Notes under the pieces: generated by a model
The model's database searches: none
What the model saw: only the letters and a program-made list of their open reading frames with translations
What the model was told of the DNA's origin: nothing
Source of the DNA: a virus
Lineage: Duplodnaviria > Caudoviricetes
Virus record (IMG/VR): IMGVR_UViG_3300043428_000210
Location: 1 to 45,830 of that record
Reading direction: 5' to 3' (one strand)
DNA length: 45,830 nt
Program-made: the position numbers and the translations under genes
In this document: positions 38,166 to 45,830 of the stretch, piece after piece
Numbering within the stretch: the first letter of the stretch is position 1
How the letters are laid out: every line of letters begins with the position of its first letter

Positions 38166-38348
38166 ATGGACGCGCCTAAACAACCTCCCAAGGACAGTGC
38201 GCAGAGTCCATATCCTGACTTCGAGGACCTACACAGCGCGGGCAAAAATCTCGATGAAGTCATTCGATCGTTGCCAGACGTTCGGCAAGAGAGAGTCCGA
38301 AAAAGGGCGGAGGAATTGGCCGTCCAACTAAGGACGAAGGCTCGCTGA
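38166..38348 (+). pseudogene. Small ORF, possibly a truncated XRE/HigA-like antitoxin N-terminus
   Basis: GKNLDEVIRSLPDVRQERVRKRAEEL resembles XRE antitoxin N-termini, but the ORF stops before any HTH. Confidence 0.4.
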
Positions 38349-38470
38349 GTTGGGCGAGTTGTGGGCGCGGGTTCCATGCTTTTTCTTGCGGAAAACGAAA
38401 GATTTACTACTGTGTTTTGAGTGTCATTTCGTGGTGATATTTGGTCTTGAGGAAGAAGCTGCGTTGTTTG

Positions 38471-39112
38471 TCAAAGGTTTTTAATCTGTGCGACGCATCC
38501 TTCAAGGGTGCGCTGGCGATCCAGGATGGCAAAAAACAGTCGTAGCGTATTAAACGCATCGACATCAGCGCGATGGGCTTTGCCTACGAATTGCAGCTTG
38601 TAGCGCGCCATGGCCTTGGACAAGCCGCCATGCTGAATTGTGGCAGTGCGCGTTCGAGCCAATGACAGCAATGTGGTCCAAGTCTTTACATCGATCCAGC
38701 GATGACCAAAATGATGGAACTCGATCTGCGCTTGAGCAAATGTCCGCAGCAGGTCGGCGGAGTCTCCTCCACCCCAAGTGACAGGATTGACGAATACCTC
38801 TTGCTCACGCAGTAGATCTCCAAGCTCTTTCGCACATTGCGCGAGGGTCACGCCTGCACTGCAGTCTTCATTGGTGATGCCCGTGAGCTGTGTAATGAAT
38901 TCGCTGATGGACTCATCCACTTGCAGATTCCATCGACGGACAATGTACTGTTGCTGGTTTTGCGAAGAGCTACCGATGGCAACGCCGACTTGGATGATGG
39001 TTCCGCTGGGCTGGTTGTATTCAAGGTCCAGCGCCACATAACGCTGTTTGTCCTCTATGGCGGCGCTGTCACTTCGATCGTTCATTTTGGTCTCCGGGGA
39101 TAGTTTGTCCAT
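38471..39112 (-). CDS. DEDDh 3'-5' exonuclease (KapD/ERI-1-like)
   Basis: ALDLEYN, IIQVG, FITQLTGIT, TWGGGD, IDVK, HRADVDA. Confidence 0.88.
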   Translation of the reverse strand: MDKLSPETKMNDRSDSAAIEDKQRYVALDLEYNQPSGTIIQVGVAIGSSSQNQQQYIVRRWNLQVDESISEFITQLTGITNEDCSAGVTLAQCAKELGDLLREQEVFVNPVTWGGGDSADLLRTFAQAQIEFHHFGHRWIDVKTWTTLLSLARTRTATIQHGGLSKAMARYKLQFVGKAHRADVDAFNTLRLFFAILDRQRTLEGCVAQIKNL

Positions 39113-39353
39113 ATTGCCATTAAGTGTGGAGGGAGTCCGATTTAGGCGGGGTGTTCAAGACATGTCTGAGCCAGACGAATTTTGGATGTGGGTTCAATTC
39201 CAGAAGGCGATTTGCTGCTTAGGTGGTGTAGAAGTGCGCACAATGACCGGCAAATAGGAGGATGGTCATTTCCCCATTTGTGTATTGCTGAGTTAATTTA
39301 CTCAGTGACTGCATCTTGCAGTGAGGACTGATTGCGGTGAATATTCAACTTAT

Positions 39354-39427
39354 TCTCCGTAAAAAATGCGGCAAATGACTTGTTTTCCAAAAAATTGGGT
39401 GTTTAATTGCCGCATGAATAGCGGAGA
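39354..39427. promoter_or_regulatory. Paired CCG-N9-CGG boxes upstream of and overlapping the Fic start
   Basis: TCTCCG-taaaaa-ATGCGGCAA (39354-39374) and its inverted copy TTGCCGCAT-gaatag-CGGAGA (39407-39427). Confidence 0.5.
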
Positions 39428-40529
39428 AAAACTCTACGTATGGCAGGCCGAAAGCTGGCCCAACTGGCACTACAACCTGTCAGTTCTGGCCGGGCTGTTG
39501 GCGCATGTCAGTCGTTCTCAAGGTGTATTGCTTGGTCGTTTGGCGGACGTAGGGCAGGCATTACGCGACCAGGCCAGCCTTGCCGCGCTGACAGAAGATG
39601 TGGTCAAGACCAGTGAAATCGAAGGCGAAGTGCTCAATGTTGAGTCTGTGCGTTCGTCCATCGCACGCCGTCTGGGCGTGGACATTGGCGCAGTTGCACC
39701 GGTGGATCGGTACATTGAAGGCGTGGTTGAGATGGTGCTTGACGCCACCACACGCAGTAGCGAATCGCTGACTTCCGATCGACTGTTCGGTTGGCATGCA
39801 GCACTGTTTCCAACCGGGTACTCCGGCATGAGCAAAATCACGGTCGGCCAGTGGCGTGATGATGCGGATGGGCCGATGCAAGTTGTCTCTGGCCCAGCCG
39901 GACGGCGCAAGGTCCACTTTCAGGCGCCACCAGCGAATGGTTTGCTTGATGAAATGAAGCGCTTTCTCTCCTGGGCCAATGAGGAAACGGGCGAGCCGCT
40001 ACTCATCAAAGCGGGCTTAGCGCATCTGTGGTTCGTGACCATGCACCCATTTGACGATGGCAACGGTCGCATCGCCCGAGCGGTGGGAGACCTGTTTCTT
40101 GCACGCGCCGATGGCAGTCCGCAGCGTTTTTACAGCCTTTCGGCACAAATCCAACGGGACCGCCGGGACTACTACGAGGTGCTCGAACGCACACAAAAAG
40201 GCACGCTTGATGTCACCGGTTGGCTGTCGTGGTTCCTTGGCACATTGGCGCGCGCTCTGGACAGTGCGCAAACCAAACTGGATGCGGTGCTGGTCAAGGC
40301 TCGCTTCTGGCAACGGTGGGCAGGCACGCCGCTGAACGAGCGGCAGGTGAAACTGATCAACCGTTTGCTCGATGGCTTCGAAGGCAAACTTACCAGCAGC
40401 AAATGGGCAGCCATTGCCAAATGCTCGCCCGACTCCGCATTGCGCGATATCACCCAGTTGCTAGAGCAGGGGATGCTCAGGAAAGCGCCTGGTGGCGGGC
40501 GCAGCACGAGCTATGAGCTGTCAGATTGA
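39414..40529 (+). CDS. Fic-domain protein (DUF4172 N-terminus, C-terminal HTH)
   Basis: YVWQAESWP.W, TSEIEGE, HPFDDGNGRIAR, C-term SALRDI..L...GGGRSTSY. Confidence 0.93.
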   Translation: MNSGEKLYVWQAESWPNWHYNLSVLAGLLAHVSRSQGVLLGRLADVGQALRDQASLAALTEDVVKTSEIEGEVLNVESVRSSIARRLGVDIGAVAPVDRYIEGVVEMVLDATTRSSESLTSDRLFGWHAALFPTGYSGMSKITVGQWRDDADGPMQVVSGPAGRRKVHFQAPPANGLLDEMKRFLSWANEETGEPLLIKAGLAHLWFVTMHPFDDGNGRIARAVGDLFLARADGSPQRFYSLSAQIQRDRRDYYEVLERTQKGTLDVTGWLSWFLGTLARALDSAQTKLDAVLVKARFWQRWAGTPLNERQVKLINRLLDGFEGKLTSSKWAAIAKCSPDSALRDITQLLEQGMLRKAPGGGRSTSYELSD

Positions 40530-40598
40530 ATCTGACCGAATCGGCAAAAGAAAACCACAGTGCCAAGGAGATATCTGATCCGATGTGTGGACGTCGGT

Positions 40599-41237
40599 TC
40601 AATTCCGAATGCCGGATTTGAAGTCGTTACAAAGAAGTGCATTGACTCTGCGGCGTGTGATCATGTCGCCGAAGTTGTCGACCGCCCGTAGAAGTTCGGT
40701 GCGATTGAGGTAGCGTAACTTGCTGCATGCCTGATCCAATACAGCGTTGGCCAGAGCGTTTGTTTTCTCGAGGTTGTTGATCAAGTCGACAAAAAGCACT
40801 TCCGGCGTTAACTGTTCCGTGTCGTCTCCTATTTCAATCTCGTCGGAGTCGCGGGACGTGATGCTGAGCGTCATTAAGATCTTGAAGTCATCAATGGCTT
40901 TTCGCTGGCAGCAGATCGGCCGACGGTCAGACAAGTGGTTGAGGTAGGTCTGGATGATGGATTGTGATTTCTTCTCGGAAAACTTGGATCTTCGCAATCT
41001 GCCAATTTGTTTGCTCGGCATTTCCATGAATGCGGTGACTGGGACGCGTTTTTTCCAGGAACGCTCATTTTTCATACGGTGTTCAAATGCCTCTACTTCG
41101 GCCACAGGGTAGCGGATTAGTCTTCCGACTTGAATGAAGCAGGGGCCTTTTCCGTGCTGACGCCACAGGGCTATGGTGCCGGTGGGAATGCCCCACCGAT
41201 CTGCAAGATCCTGAGGGGACAGAGGCCTATTGCGCAT
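40599..41237 (-). CDS. Protein with an N-terminal AlpA/excisionase-like HTH
   Basis: LSPQDLADRWGI...TIALWR..GKGP.FIQVGRLIRYP..EVEAFE. Confidence 0.8.
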   Translation of the reverse strand: MRNRPLSPQDLADRWGIPTGTIALWRQHGKGPCFIQVGRLIRYPVAEVEAFEHRMKNERSWKKRVPVTAFMEMPSKQIGRLRRSKFSEKKSQSIIQTYLNHLSDRRPICCQRKAIDDFKILMTLSITSRDSDEIEIGDDTEQLTPEVLFVDLINNLEKTNALANAVLDQACSKLRYLNRTELLRAVDNFGDMITRRRVNALLCNDFKSGIRN

Positions 41238-41673
41238 CGTCAGAGCAAAGGCTGTAAACGACAGTCATGACCGGGGAGCTGGGTTCCAGTGCCAGCATCG
41301 TGGCTTTGACCCGGGGTGGTGTGCACCGTGTCAACCGATAAAGTTGATTCTGGATTTGGCTGCCTGATTTTTTCCCACCTAGACATGCTGCGCGGATTTG
41401 GTTGAGGTCGGCTTGGCCAGCTTGCTGGAGAAAGAGCAAAATTTCTTCGGCACCTGTGAACGCGATGTTGGTTCTAATTTGGTTTTCGTAATCCTCGATG
41501 GCCGTCAGCAGGTACTGAACCTTCTTGCCAAGCTTGAGGTATTCAGGGCCTCGGTGTGTCGAACGCCAGCGCTGAAGCGTCTTGGGGCTCATAGCCCATC
41601 GATCTGCAAGTTCAATTTCATTTAGGCTTGTGCTCACGTTGCATGCTCCTTGAGATAACGGAGCTGCATTCAC
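41227..41673 (-). CDS. Excisionase/AlpA-like HTH protein
   Basis: LNEIELADRWAMSPKTLQRWR...RGPEYLKLGKKVQY...IEDYE. Confidence 0.8.
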   Translation of the reverse strand: MNAAPLSQGACNVSTSLNEIELADRWAMSPKTLQRWRSTHRGPEYLKLGKKVQYLLTAIEDYENQIRTNIAFTGAEEILLFLQQAGQADLNQIRAACLGGKKSGSQIQNQLYRLTRCTPPRVKATMLALEPSSPVMTVVYSLCSDDAQ

Positions 41674-41813
41674 GCGTACTTCTGCCCATAAGTCCAGTTG
41701 CTTATGATCTACTACCGCTCATTCCCCACCACGCACGCTTGAGTACGAACAGAGAATTTTTGAGTGGTCAACCATCCACCACCATATGCATTTCCATGGA
41801 TGCCCTCCATGGA

Positions 41814-41860
41814 AAACAGAATACCCCGCCCAGGCTAAGTCTCGGCGGGGTATTCTGTTT
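41814..41860. terminator. Long perfect hairpin, probably a bidirectional terminator
   Basis: 17-bp arms AAACAGAATACCCCGCC / GGCGGGGTATTCTGTTT with a 13-nt loop, downstream of the kinase stop. Confidence 0.75.
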
Positions 41861-41910
41861 GGTAAATCGCTGCCGCCTGAGTAAGCCCCAACTGGCCGTG
41901 CGTGCTGCAC

Positions 41911-43827
41911 TCAGCGCTCGAAATTCAAGCGTATGCAGGTGCCTTCAGCGGATGAATCGATGGCCAATTGGGCACCCAGGCGTGTTGCCCGGGCCGCCAT
42001 GCTGGACATGCCTTGTCCTGTGCGTTTACGGGGTTCTGCTTTGGACGCATCCATGCCTCGGCCATCGTCTCTGACTTCAAAAACAATAGCGCTGTCACTC
42101 ACGTGAATTCTAAAAGTCACCAATTTGGCTTGAGCATGTTTAATGATGTTGGCGCAAGCTTCTTGCAGCAAGCGCAGCAATTGCAGGCGATCACGGTCGC
42201 CCTGCAAGAATTCGTGAGGCAATGGCTCTGATTGCCAGTCAAATTCAATGGCTTGTGAGCGAAATACCGGTGCCAAACGGTGCCGAAGCATGCCCAGCAG
42301 GACCGAGACGGCGTCCTGCCTGTCGTTGATATCCGGGTTGTTGGTGCTGGAGAACACATCCAGCACACTGCGCAGATCGAGCAGTGCGTGGTCGATCAGT
42401 TCTGCCAGTTCCGCAGATTTGGTGTCCGGGCTTTGGCTGGATTTGAGCAAAGCACTCGCCGACACCAGCTGTGATCCAAGACCGTCGTGCATGTCACGCA
42501 CCAAGCGCTGGCGCTCTTCAGCAAGAAGGGTTTTTTCGCGTTGGGTTTGCAGTTCTTCGTGGTAAGACGCCAATTGGATTTTTTGCGTTGCCAATTCCTG
42601 CTTCAACTGAGCGGAAGCTTCTTTTTTGTACTGTAAATACCGCACCAAACGTTCGACCACCAGCAAGCCGATGGCCAGTCCCAGCAAAGGGGCCAGCCAG
42701 TGGGTCATGGATAAAGCCGAATACGGCAACAGGTCATTTGCACGAGCGAGGTCCAACGCATTGGCGCCGACACCAAAAAACATGGATGTGGCGAATGCAA
42801 AGTCTGACAAATAACGCGATTTTGCAGAGGCATACCACAACAAATACACGCCCATGATCAAGGTGGCAGGGACCAGAATGGACGCAACGGCAAGGAGCCA
42901 TTTTTGCCAATGTGCCATCGGCAAGAACAGCAATACAAGAAAGGCCAGCAAGCTCAAACCGAGCAGTCCCCATTCCAAGCTACTGTGGCGGCGCTTGACC
43001 AAGCGAAGTGCCACGTAAATGCCGGCGAAACCTGTCATTGGGCGGGTGACCATGAACCACGTGATCCAGGTGGTGTTGTTCATGGGTCCGAGCCAACCCA
43101 ATACCACCAAGGCGTGCAGGCACCAGCCAAGTCCAGCCAAAGCGAAACCCAGTGACAAGCCATCGCGCTCAGACGCAAAAACGGCAGTAGCGACCAAGGT
43201 GATGAACAGCATCAAAAACAAGCCACCAATGCGCATGCCTACCAGCAGATCTTGCAGCTCGCCACACTCACGCGCAAGGGCTTCGTGTCCGCCAAACCAT
43301 ACTTCTGACAAACCCGGAAAAGCGCCATCCAGTGTGCGCAAGCGGATGTCTATGCGGTGCTCTCCGGGCGCCAATTGCAAGGGCAGTGGGATGAATGTTG
43401 GACGGAAAAGTGCTTTGAAATCAAGGTCGTTCTTCTCATGTGACAAGAGCACTTTCCCATCTACCCAGACGCTGGCATTGGCCGACCAGCGCGGCACACA
43501 CATGGCCAAGTTGCGCTGGTCAGGTGTCGCATTCACATTGAAAAACAATCTGAAATGCGCAAAGCCAACGTTGGCGTCTTCAATGCGGTGGGGCAGGCGG
43601 GTTTGCACGGCGCCATCTGGGACCGCCTCCAAGTCCGGCCCCAGTCCCAGGGTGGCTTGGCGTAAAACCTGAATCTTGCCTTGGCTGACCATGCCAAAGG
43701 CATCGGCGCTCATGGACCAGTTCAACGCGTACATAGAAGCCATCAGCATGCCGGCGAAGACCAGGCCCGATAAAAATCTGAAAGCGATCCAAGCATTGGC
43801 CGTGAAAAATGATCGAAAAGAATTCAT
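41911..43827 (-). CDS. Membrane sensor histidine kinase (periplasmic domain, multiple TM helices, HisKA_3, HATPase)
   Basis: EERQRLVRDMHDGLGS, QEACANIIKHA, DDGRG, GQGMSSM; likely start ATG 43827. Confidence 0.92.
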   Translation of the reverse strand: MNSFRSFFTANAWIAFRFLSGLVFAGMLMASMYALNWSMSADAFGMVSQGKIQVLRQATLGLGPDLEAVPDGAVQTRLPHRIEDANVGFAHFRLFFNVNATPDQRNLAMCVPRWSANASVWVDGKVLLSHEKNDLDFKALFRPTFIPLPLQLAPGEHRIDIRLRTLDGAFPGLSEVWFGGHEALARECGELQDLLVGMRIGGLFLMLFITLVATAVFASERDGLSLGFALAGLGWCLHALVVLGWLGPMNNTTWITWFMVTRPMTGFAGIYVALRLVKRRHSSLEWGLLGLSLLAFLVLLFLPMAHWQKWLLAVASILVPATLIMGVYLLWYASAKSRYLSDFAFATSMFFGVGANALDLARANDLLPYSALSMTHWLAPLLGLAIGLLVVERLVRYLQYKKEASAQLKQELATQKIQLASYHEELQTQREKTLLAEERQRLVRDMHDGLGSQLVSASALLKSSQSPDTKSAELAELIDHALLDLRSVLDVFSSTNNPDINDRQDAVSVLLGMLRHRLAPVFRSQAIEFDWQSEPLPHEFLQGDRDRLQLLRLLQEACANIIKHAQAKLVTFRIHVSDSAIVFEVRDDGRGMDASKAEPRKRTGQGMSSMAARATRLGAQLAIDSSAEGTCIRLNFER

Positions 43828-43868
43828 GGCGCTATCGTCAGGAGAACACTGAGCTTCGCAGCACAGGG

Positions 43869-43885
43869 TCACGCAAATCACGTGA
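43869..43885. promoter_or_regulatory. TCACG-N7-CGTGA box in the kinase/regulator intergenic region
   Basis: TCACGCAAATCACGTGA; its reverse complement matches 44692-44708 at 16 of 17 positions. Confidence 0.65.
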
Positions 43886-43962
43886 TGCGCAAATTTAACA
43901 GATGCAAGAAAATTAGTATTCAAATATTTTCAATGTTTGACTTAACAAAGATAATTCAAACA

Positions 43963-44640
43963 ATGAATACGGGTAAATCATTTCTGCTGCTGGTTGAAGA
44001 CGACCTGAATTTTGCTGATTGGGCGCAAGCTGAGCTTAAGCGCGATTGCCCCGATTTGAGTTTGGTCATGTTTCACGACCTGAGCGGGGCGCGAAACTGG
44101 TTGGCCGGACCGGAGGGCCAACATTTGGCTTTGGCCGTGGTTGATTTGCATCTCGGGCAAGATCTGGGTGTGGACTTGATCGCACAGCTGCACGAAAGCC
44201 ACGGCGATGTGCCTTTGTTGGTGTTGACCTCGGTGGACGCCCCCCAAGAGGCCTTGTCGGCCATACGTGCGGGCGCGCAGGGCTATGTGCTCAAGAGTAC
44301 ATTAGAAAAAGAACTCAGCCGAGCCGTTGAGCAATTGAGGGCTGGCGGCTCACCTATCAATCCAGGCATTGCGTACCAGCTGCTTGCCGAGTTTCGTGTG
44401 GCTGAAGCCACGGCGGCTGCGGCCAACTCGTCGCTGGATGATGCACTGGCCTTGTTGACCTCCAAGCTTTCTCAGCGCGAAACCGACGTGCTCAAGCTGG
44501 TCGCACGGGGTTATGCGGACAAGGAAGTCGCCATCCGTTTGGGTATTTCACCCAGTACCGTGGACACGCATGTCCGTTCCATCTTCCGCAAATTCAGCGT
44601 GAACTCCCGCTCGCAACTTCGCCGCGCCATAGGTGGCTGA
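43963..44640 (+). CDS. NarL/LuxR-family response regulator
   Basis: LVEDD, VVDLHL, GAQGYVLK; C-term LSQRE.DVL.LVARG...KEVA..LGIS..TV.THV..I..K; start may be at 43933. Confidence 0.93.
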   Translation: MNTGKSFLLLVEDDLNFADWAQAELKRDCPDLSLVMFHDLSGARNWLAGPEGQHLALAVVDLHLGQDLGVDLIAQLHESHGDVPLLVLTSVDAPQEALSAIRAGAQGYVLKSTLEKELSRAVEQLRAGGSPINPGIAYQLLAEFRVAEATAAAANSSLDDALALLTSKLSQRETDVLKLVARGYADKEVAIRLGISPSTVDTHVRSIFRKFSVNSRSQLRRAIGG

Positions 44641-44691
44641 GCGTTGTTGCCAGTCGGCAACACATCCTAATCCCCTTCCATTTGAGCTTCC

Positions 44692-44708
44692 TCACGTGTT
44701 TTGCGTGA
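44692..44708. promoter_or_regulatory. TCACG-N7-CGTGA box upstream of the hfaA-like gene
   Basis: TCACGTGTTTTGCGTGA, followed by an AT-rich promoter-like region. Confidence 0.65.
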
Positions 44709-44806
44709 TGGCGCAATGCGCCTCCATTGCGCAAAATCAAAATTGTCAAATTAATCATTTAAGATTTTTTATTTTGTATTGATTAATTTAATTGATTTGG
44801 ATTCAT

Positions 44807-45469
44807 ATGCTGAATAGACCCGTAAAGACGTGCGACAAGCCTCGCACCAGGATGGAAAGCCCACGCCAGCGTGCATTGTGGTGTGTGGCCTTGGGCGTTG
44901 GGCTGTTGTTGGTTGCAGCGCAGTCCCGTGCCAACGGCTATGGTGAAAGTGCCAGCTGGGGCTTTCAAACCAACCAAGACAAGGTCAACAAGGCCTACGT
45001 GCTGGACATGATCGAGAAGAAAAAGAACGGCTACTACAACGCCATCAAGTCGACCTACAACTACAACACTTACATCGACAAGCAGGTCAACTGCACCTTG
45101 TCGGCTGTGACCAACGGCACATCCGGTGCCAACGGATTGGATGCAAGCACCTCATCGCCTGTGCTCAACAACACCGGCACCACATCGGCCAGCGGCGCAG
45201 CCAACTCGGCCAGCAACGGGCTGTCGCAATCAAGCCTGACGGGCGTCTTCAACACCAACGCCACTCCGCCCGGCAGCATCAGCAGCGGCCAAAGCAGCTC
45301 GGGTGCACTCAACAGCAGCATCTCGGGTGCCAGCAACAGCGCCAGCACCGGCCAGGTCGCTGCCAGCGGCGGGACGACCGACCAGGTCCTGAACTCACAG
45401 CAAACCAACTCCGGCGTTTTGACCTCCTCCATCAGTGCCAGTTCGGCTTGCGCCGGCCAGCAGCCCTGA
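44807..45469 (+). CDS. Secreted Ser/Gly/Asn/Thr-rich protein (HfaA/curlin-like candidate)
   Basis: Hydrophobic signal ending in SRA; low-complexity S/G/N/T C-terminal half; directly upstream of a CsgG/HfaB-family gene. Confidence 0.6.
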   Translation: MLNRPVKTCDKPRTRMESPRQRALWCVALGVGLLLVAAQSRANGYGESASWGFQTNQDKVNKAYVLDMIEKKKNGYYNAIKSTYNYNTYIDKQVNCTLSAVTNGTSGANGLDASTSSPVLNNTGTTSASGAANSASNGLSQSSLTGVFNTNATPPGSISSGQSSSGALNSSISGASNSASTGQVAASGGTTDQVLNSQQTNSGVLTSSISASSACAGQQP

Positions 45470-45493
45470 TCGCACATGCCCCAAGGTTTAAAC

Positions 45494-45830
45494 ATGCACC
45501 GCACACCGATTCGCCGAACACTTCAGGTGTTGGGCCTTATTGCAGCCATGGTCACATTGGCCGGTTGCAGCGCCATTCAAGCAAGGCGAGAAGCCCAGGC
45601 GCAGCCGCTCGAAGAAGCCTCGGTCATGCCTGGCAGCTCATCGCGCAACAACACCACACCGATGGAGTCAGCCTTTGCCTGCTTGGCCAAGTCGTATGGC
45701 GCAGTCAAAGTGCCGGTGGTCTCCATCACCGTCGGTGATGTGAAAGACTACACCGGCAAATACAGCCAGGCCGAAGGCAACGCCATCACGCAGGGCGGCT
45801 CGCTCATGCTCTATTCGGCTCTGGGCAAGA
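45494..45830 (+). CDS. CsgG/HfaB-family outer-membrane lipoprotein (partial, runs off the window)
   Basis: Own translation: MHRTPIRR...MVTLAGC (lipobox)...TPMESAFACL...ITVGDVKDYTGKY...AITQGGSLMLYSALGK. Confidence 0.8.
   Translation, partial: MHRTPIRRTLQVLGLIAAMVTLAGCSAIQARREAQAQPLEEASVMPGSSSRNNTTPMESAFACLAKSYGAVKVPVVSITVGDVKDYTGKYSQAEGNAITQGGSLMLYSALGK

Larger units (their letters stand above)
16886..41784. mobile_element. Defence/cargo island adjoining the prophage lysis end
   Basis: Dense cluster of R-M, PrrC, WYL, NYN, Septu-like, SIR2-HerA, Fic genes and remnants, ending in excisionase-like HTH genes; right boundary inferred. Confidence 0.7.

Noticed and set aside
41740-41790. Complete tRNA gene
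   Set aside because: Only a 3'-like CCACCA end; no intact TTC T-loop or cloverleaf; kept only as a possible att scar
44645-44732. Short hairpins TGTTGCC-agtc-GGCAACA and GCGCAATG-cgcctc-CATTGCGC
   Set aside because: Real inverted repeats, but they lack clear U-tracts or a second copy, so no function could be assigned
1-45830. CRISPR array, rRNA, IS transposase or integrase
   Set aside because: No regularly spaced repeats, rRNA-like sequence, DDE transposase or Tyr/Ser recombinase motifs recognised

Overview
The window holds three blocks. (1) Positions 1-16.9 kb are the late region of a lambda-like siphovirus prophage. It runs tail terminator end, tail tube, G/GT chaperones with an A_AAA_AAC -1 frameshift site, tape measure, M, L, K, I, J, extra fibre genes and a complete holin/GH73 endolysin/Rz-Rz1 lysis cassette. 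Between the fibre genes and the holin sits a tightly coupled cassette: a fibre protein ending in an Asn/Asp-Cys-rich tail (...YNCNCDCNCC*), an unknown 285-aa protein, a 2OG-Fe(II)-oxygenase-like protein and a radical SAM/SPASM enzyme. Terminator-like hairpins bracket it. I read it as a candidate RiPP-like system for post-translationally modifying the phage tail fibre, and it is the best candidate for an undescribed system here. (2) Positions 16.9-41.8 kb are a defence and cargo island. It carries a COG2958/HrgA-like nuclease, a type I R-M system with PrrC anticodon nuclease, a WYL regulator, a NYN protein, a co-oriented SIR2-HerA-(NERD-like nuclease)-PtuA-PtuB run, three Fic proteins, a DEDDh exonuclease, gene remnants and two excisionase-like HTH genes. 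It ends at a possible tRNA-3'-like att scar plus terminator. (3) Positions 41.9-45.8 kb look like host chromosome: a divergent HisKA_3 kinase/NarL-type regulator pair with a shared TCACG-N7-CGTGA box, then an HfaA/curlin-like secreted protein and a CsgG/HfaB-family lipoprotein cut off by the window edge. Family calls come from motif recognition by eye; no database search was run. A betaproteobacterial host is an inference.
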